The notes under the pieces are model-generated. The model saw only the letters and a list, made by a program, of their open reading frames with translations, did not search any database and had not been told where the DNA came from. The translations under genes were made by a program, and so were the position numbers. From Amoebidium appalachense (lineage: Eukaryota > Protista > Ichthyosporea), in assembly GCA_963693365.1 (NCBI GenBank), contig CAVNZM010000016.1, forward strand, positions 7,449,415-7,513,414: a stretch of 64,000 nucleotides of DNA, in the 5' to 3' direction. The number at the start of each line of letters is the position of its first letter. Positions within the stretch are counted from its first letter, which is position 1. Below, in pieces: positions 46,871-64,000 of this stretch.

Positions 46871-46878
46871 AGAGAAAC

Positions 46879-60260
<13,382 letters not shown>

Positions 60261-61555
60261 TGTTAAAGTTGACCGTGAACCTAGTTGCAGATAACGTGAA
60301 CACAAAAACTGCACAACAGCAACTGGTGGGCACATGAAAAGCGCCGTCGTTTTAAAGGGATGCAGGGCTATAATTTTCCATGCACCTTTCGGCGCGCCAT
60401 CGGCCCTCCCTACTTGTAGATAAAGAAGAAAATATTCAAAATAGTCACTGTACATTTATAAATAAATATAGTATAGAGATTTAAGTGTGTATGTGCATAC
60501 CATATATATAGTATATAGTGTATCGTATGCAGAATATATATCCAATTCAATTAGGCGGTGTGCAGTGCAATGGCGAACCCTGTAATCATCTATCACGCTA
60601 TTGGTAGAATTATTTATTTTATTTAGATGATTTTTTCGGTGGTGTTGTGCGATGACCGCGCGAGCTAAAGTGCACTTTAGTAATTAACTCAATATTGTGT
60701 GTCCTTACACCTTAATAAAAAATACAACATTGTGTATAGAGCGAATACTATATAGAATAGTGCATTATTTAGCTTATTCAGCACCAGTTTGTAGAACGCA
60801 AAATGGAGATGGCAGGACATTGATAAAATTTGGTCCGCGATCATTGGCGAGAGCAGTGCATTATCTATTTTGTCTTTCTACAATTTCTAGCGGCGAGTGG
60901 AAGAGTTGTGCGGCTGGGCAATGTAGTTGTGGCGAATCCGCATAATATACTGAATTAGATTTTTTCTATTCTCTTATCGTTTTTTTTTTTACACCTTCAA
61001 TACAGCAGTATATATTCTATTTATTCCGTGTATGATTACATTACTGTGATCAACGTAGTAGCAAAGCCCGGGTCACAATGGCGATCTGATCAGCGCTGGG
61101 CAATTGTCCATTAAATTTTGCTTTTTTTCATTTTATTTTTTATGCTCACCCAACGCGTGGCGTTTACTCGGAATTCTATCGGCCACCAGAAATTTGGCAA
61201 AACTAGAACACGTTTTCGTATATACATTGTGTTTTATAAATTTGCAAAATAAAAATGATTTGTGTGAGCTTTCCTTGAAGTCTTATTTTTCTGAGGCTTT
61301 TCCTTAATTTCTTATTGCACGTCGGTTATACTGAAATTATACTGTAAGCTTCTTGTTTGTAGGGCGAAAAGCAGCACTTCTGCTTTCATCCTACGTGTCG
61401 GACATCACCATGCGGCAACTAGAAATTTTGTTCAGTCCACCAATCAGGCACTGTGCATGACTTGATTGGGGGAACTGTGCCACTGGGGACAATACTGGGG
61501 AACACACGTGTCTCTCACGAGCTCTTCTATAAGCTCCATCAGCAAACTTCCCGGA

Positions 61556-62470
61556 AGTATTGCCAACGTATTTTTTGCTATTGGGGCTATTGGCGATATT
61601 GGCAATAGAACCCCTTGCCGCCAATAAGAACACCATATTGCAATAATATTGCTTTGGTATTGTCAATGGTAATACAGTACCAATACCCCCTATTGTCGAT
61701 ATCCCGCTGATATGAATATATTATCCAGTATATGTTACATCAATATCGCCAATACATTAGAGTGCCATTACATTACCATTGCATTACTATTGCGCTAGCA
61801 TTATAGACGTATTGCCAATATCAATTATACCCGGGCGATATTACAATAACAACCAAATAATATCAAAAATACAGATAATGATATGGATAATACTGTATTT
61901 TCGCATTGTAGTTGCACTATGAACGCATTATTAATATATTGCCAATATGTAATTCATAGAAATACAAAGATTTAAATATCAAGAAACATATAAACAATGT
62001 ATTGCCAACATATGATCCAACTATAATCAATATATAAATGCGGTATCGCCGATAGGTTGTTTTAATATCGTGAGTATATTGATGACATAAACAGAGGTAT
62101 GATTAATACACTCCCAACACATTACAAATAAGGAATATGTAAGTATGTTCCATATCAAGCATATATTGCCAACATACGAATGATACCACCACCATAAAGA
62201 TATAAGTATTGATAATGCATTGCATATATATTATAAATATCACACTATATTATTCAAATACATTGCCAATAAATTGATAATGGGAACGAATGCATGCAAA
62301 GTACAGTATAAGTGCGCTTATAACATGAAAGGCATATCGGACGAACATTGCCAATGTATTAATAATAACTTTATTGACACCTCAATCACATGCTCAATAT
62401 ATTGGCAATATGCACACGGTACGGTAAGCACAGCCCCATGATCATTGTCAATGTATTGCCAATGTATTGC
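61556..62470. repeat. AT-rich segment with dispersed TATTGCCAAT-type motifs in both orientations
   Basis: About 15 copies of (T/C)ATTG(C/T)CAA(T/C) or ATTGGC(A/G)ATA, no coding signal. Resembles the subterminal repeats of a DNA transposon. Confidence 0.55.
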
Positions 62471-62656
62471 ACATGTCGTCATCCATACGTGTTCCGTATG
62501 GTCACTTTATTAACTTCGGTTGGATATACCACATTATATTGAGGACCACACCTGGTGGCCCTCCCCCCCCCCCCCCCCCCCCCCCCCCCGCCCCAACCCC
62601 CCCCCTCCCCCCCCCCCCCCCCCCCCCCCCCGGCCCTCCCCCCCCCCCCGGCCCCC

Positions 62657-62696
<40 letters not shown>

Positions 62697-62883
62697 GCCC
62701 CACCCCCTTTTCCCACAGGCTCAACCGGCCATGTATACACCGCCCCCCCCCCCCCCCCTAAAAAAACCCAAGTCCACTACCCCCCCCCCCCCCCCCCCAC
62801 CCAAAATCAAAGAAAAAAAACTTTTAGGGCTCGTCAATGTTGCAGGCGGCATGGGACTTGTCGATGTTGCAGGCATGGCCGTC

Positions 62884-63646
62884 TCAGTGCTCGTGCTCGG
62901 TATTGGCGGCGAGGGGAGACTTAGGAGCGGGGGGGGGCTCTGGAGCGTGGGGGGACTTTTGGGCGTTGATCTCTGAGTCTTGTTGCTCAGCCTCGGCCTC
63001 CTTGAGCCTTGCCTCCTCCTGGGCCTTGAAAGTCTTCCAGTTGTTGATGGCCTGAGGACACACGTATTAGAATGAATGTAACAAGAGTTCTGCAGACAAA
63101 GACATGTGCCAAGTGGCAAGCTGCAAATGGAGCATAATTTAACTGAAATAATAATATGCAAACGTACTCCCCATCTTCTGGCAAGAAAGCTATAAAATGT
63201 GGAAGTATCATGTTCATGTTCAAGGGGTTGGGAGAAGGGAGGGGGGGGGGGGGGGGTTCCCTACCGCTTCAAAAGACCTCGGGTTCGCCAGCCAGTGCCC
63301 AGTCCTTGGGGATGCCTCCCTCCTTGGAGAAGGGTGACCAGACAGGCAAGCCATTTTCAGCTTGTGCCGCAGTGCGGTCGCTCAGACAGGCCTCGATGAT
63401 GTAGATGATGAAGCGCACAAATTGGGGCGAGTCCTTCAGCACGTCCTGCATCATTGAGAAATCAGCAGTTAGCTATGATCATGTGGATTGGGCTTGGGTT
63501 AATCTATGTACATCAAGGACCATTAACTTAGTAAAAGGAAAATGAACTCATAGACAGCAAACGCAATTGAAACAAACGAAAGAACTAGAAAAGAAAGTGA
63601 TTCCATACACACATGCCCAAAAGGGCTATTATGGGAAGGGATAAGG

Positions 63647-63696
<50 letters not shown>

Positions 63697-63863
63697 GGAC
63701 TTACGTCAATGGTCTCGAAGGTGATGTCCATAGGAGGGTACTTAGGACTTTTGAGATAATGGACACGTGCAGCGATTTCTGCCGTTTTATTTTTGCAATT
63801 TTGGGTCAAAAATACGTTGCCGGCAATGCCTGAGGCTATAATATTATGGGTTGGCACAGCCAT
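62884..63863 (-). pseudogene. 3' part of an orphan spliced gene with an apparent +1 frameshift
   Basis: Exons 63778(or ATG 63863)-63705 (ARVHYLKSPKYPPMDITFETID|gtaagt), 63445-63265 (DVLKDSPQFVRFIIYIIEACL..., 181 nt = 60 codons + 1, GCTAAC branch point upstream) and 63051-62884 (AINNWKTFKAQEEARLKEAEAEQQ...*). Without a frameshift the frame stops at 63269. Confidence 0.5.
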
Positions 63864-64000
63864 GCGTCATTCACACCAATCAGACTTTACGAAAATTTAG
63901 AAGTGTTTGCTAAAACATGGATAAGATTCTTACTTTTGTTCAGTACTATTATTTTTCCAAACCCCGCTTGACCTCCGATTTGCTTAATTCGAGCAATGCC

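Overview
Eukaryotic, intron-rich DNA with GT-AG introns, CTAAC/CTAAT/CTGAC branch points and introns full of (TG)n, poly-G/C and poly-A tracts. Most ORFs in the supplied track are microsatellite artefacts. The animal-like proteins suggest a unicellular holozoan or other opisthokont, but that is inference. By manual splicing I reconstructed four host-type genes: a p24-alpha cargo receptor (TMED9/4, 6 exons, minus), an orphan type-I membrane protein (2 exons, plus), pyruvate dehydrogenase kinase (12 exons, plus) and an SLC22A18-like MFS transporter (2 exons, plus). From about 41.9 kb to the end is a co-oriented, minus-strand block of non-housekeeping genes. Its centrepiece is a 13-exon, ~1175-aa gene (60260->46879) fusing a ParB/Srx-like domain, a prokaryote/phage-type beta-class N6-adenine/N4-cytosine DNA methyltransferase domain and a C-terminal chromo/chromoshadow-like segment. 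Its catalytic motif is atypical (DPPG) and a 16-bp insertion frameshifts it. The window also holds several MITE-like elements with TIRs/TSDs, truncated non-LTR retrotransposon 3' ends, minisatellites and a dispersed repeat with hammerhead-like core boxes.
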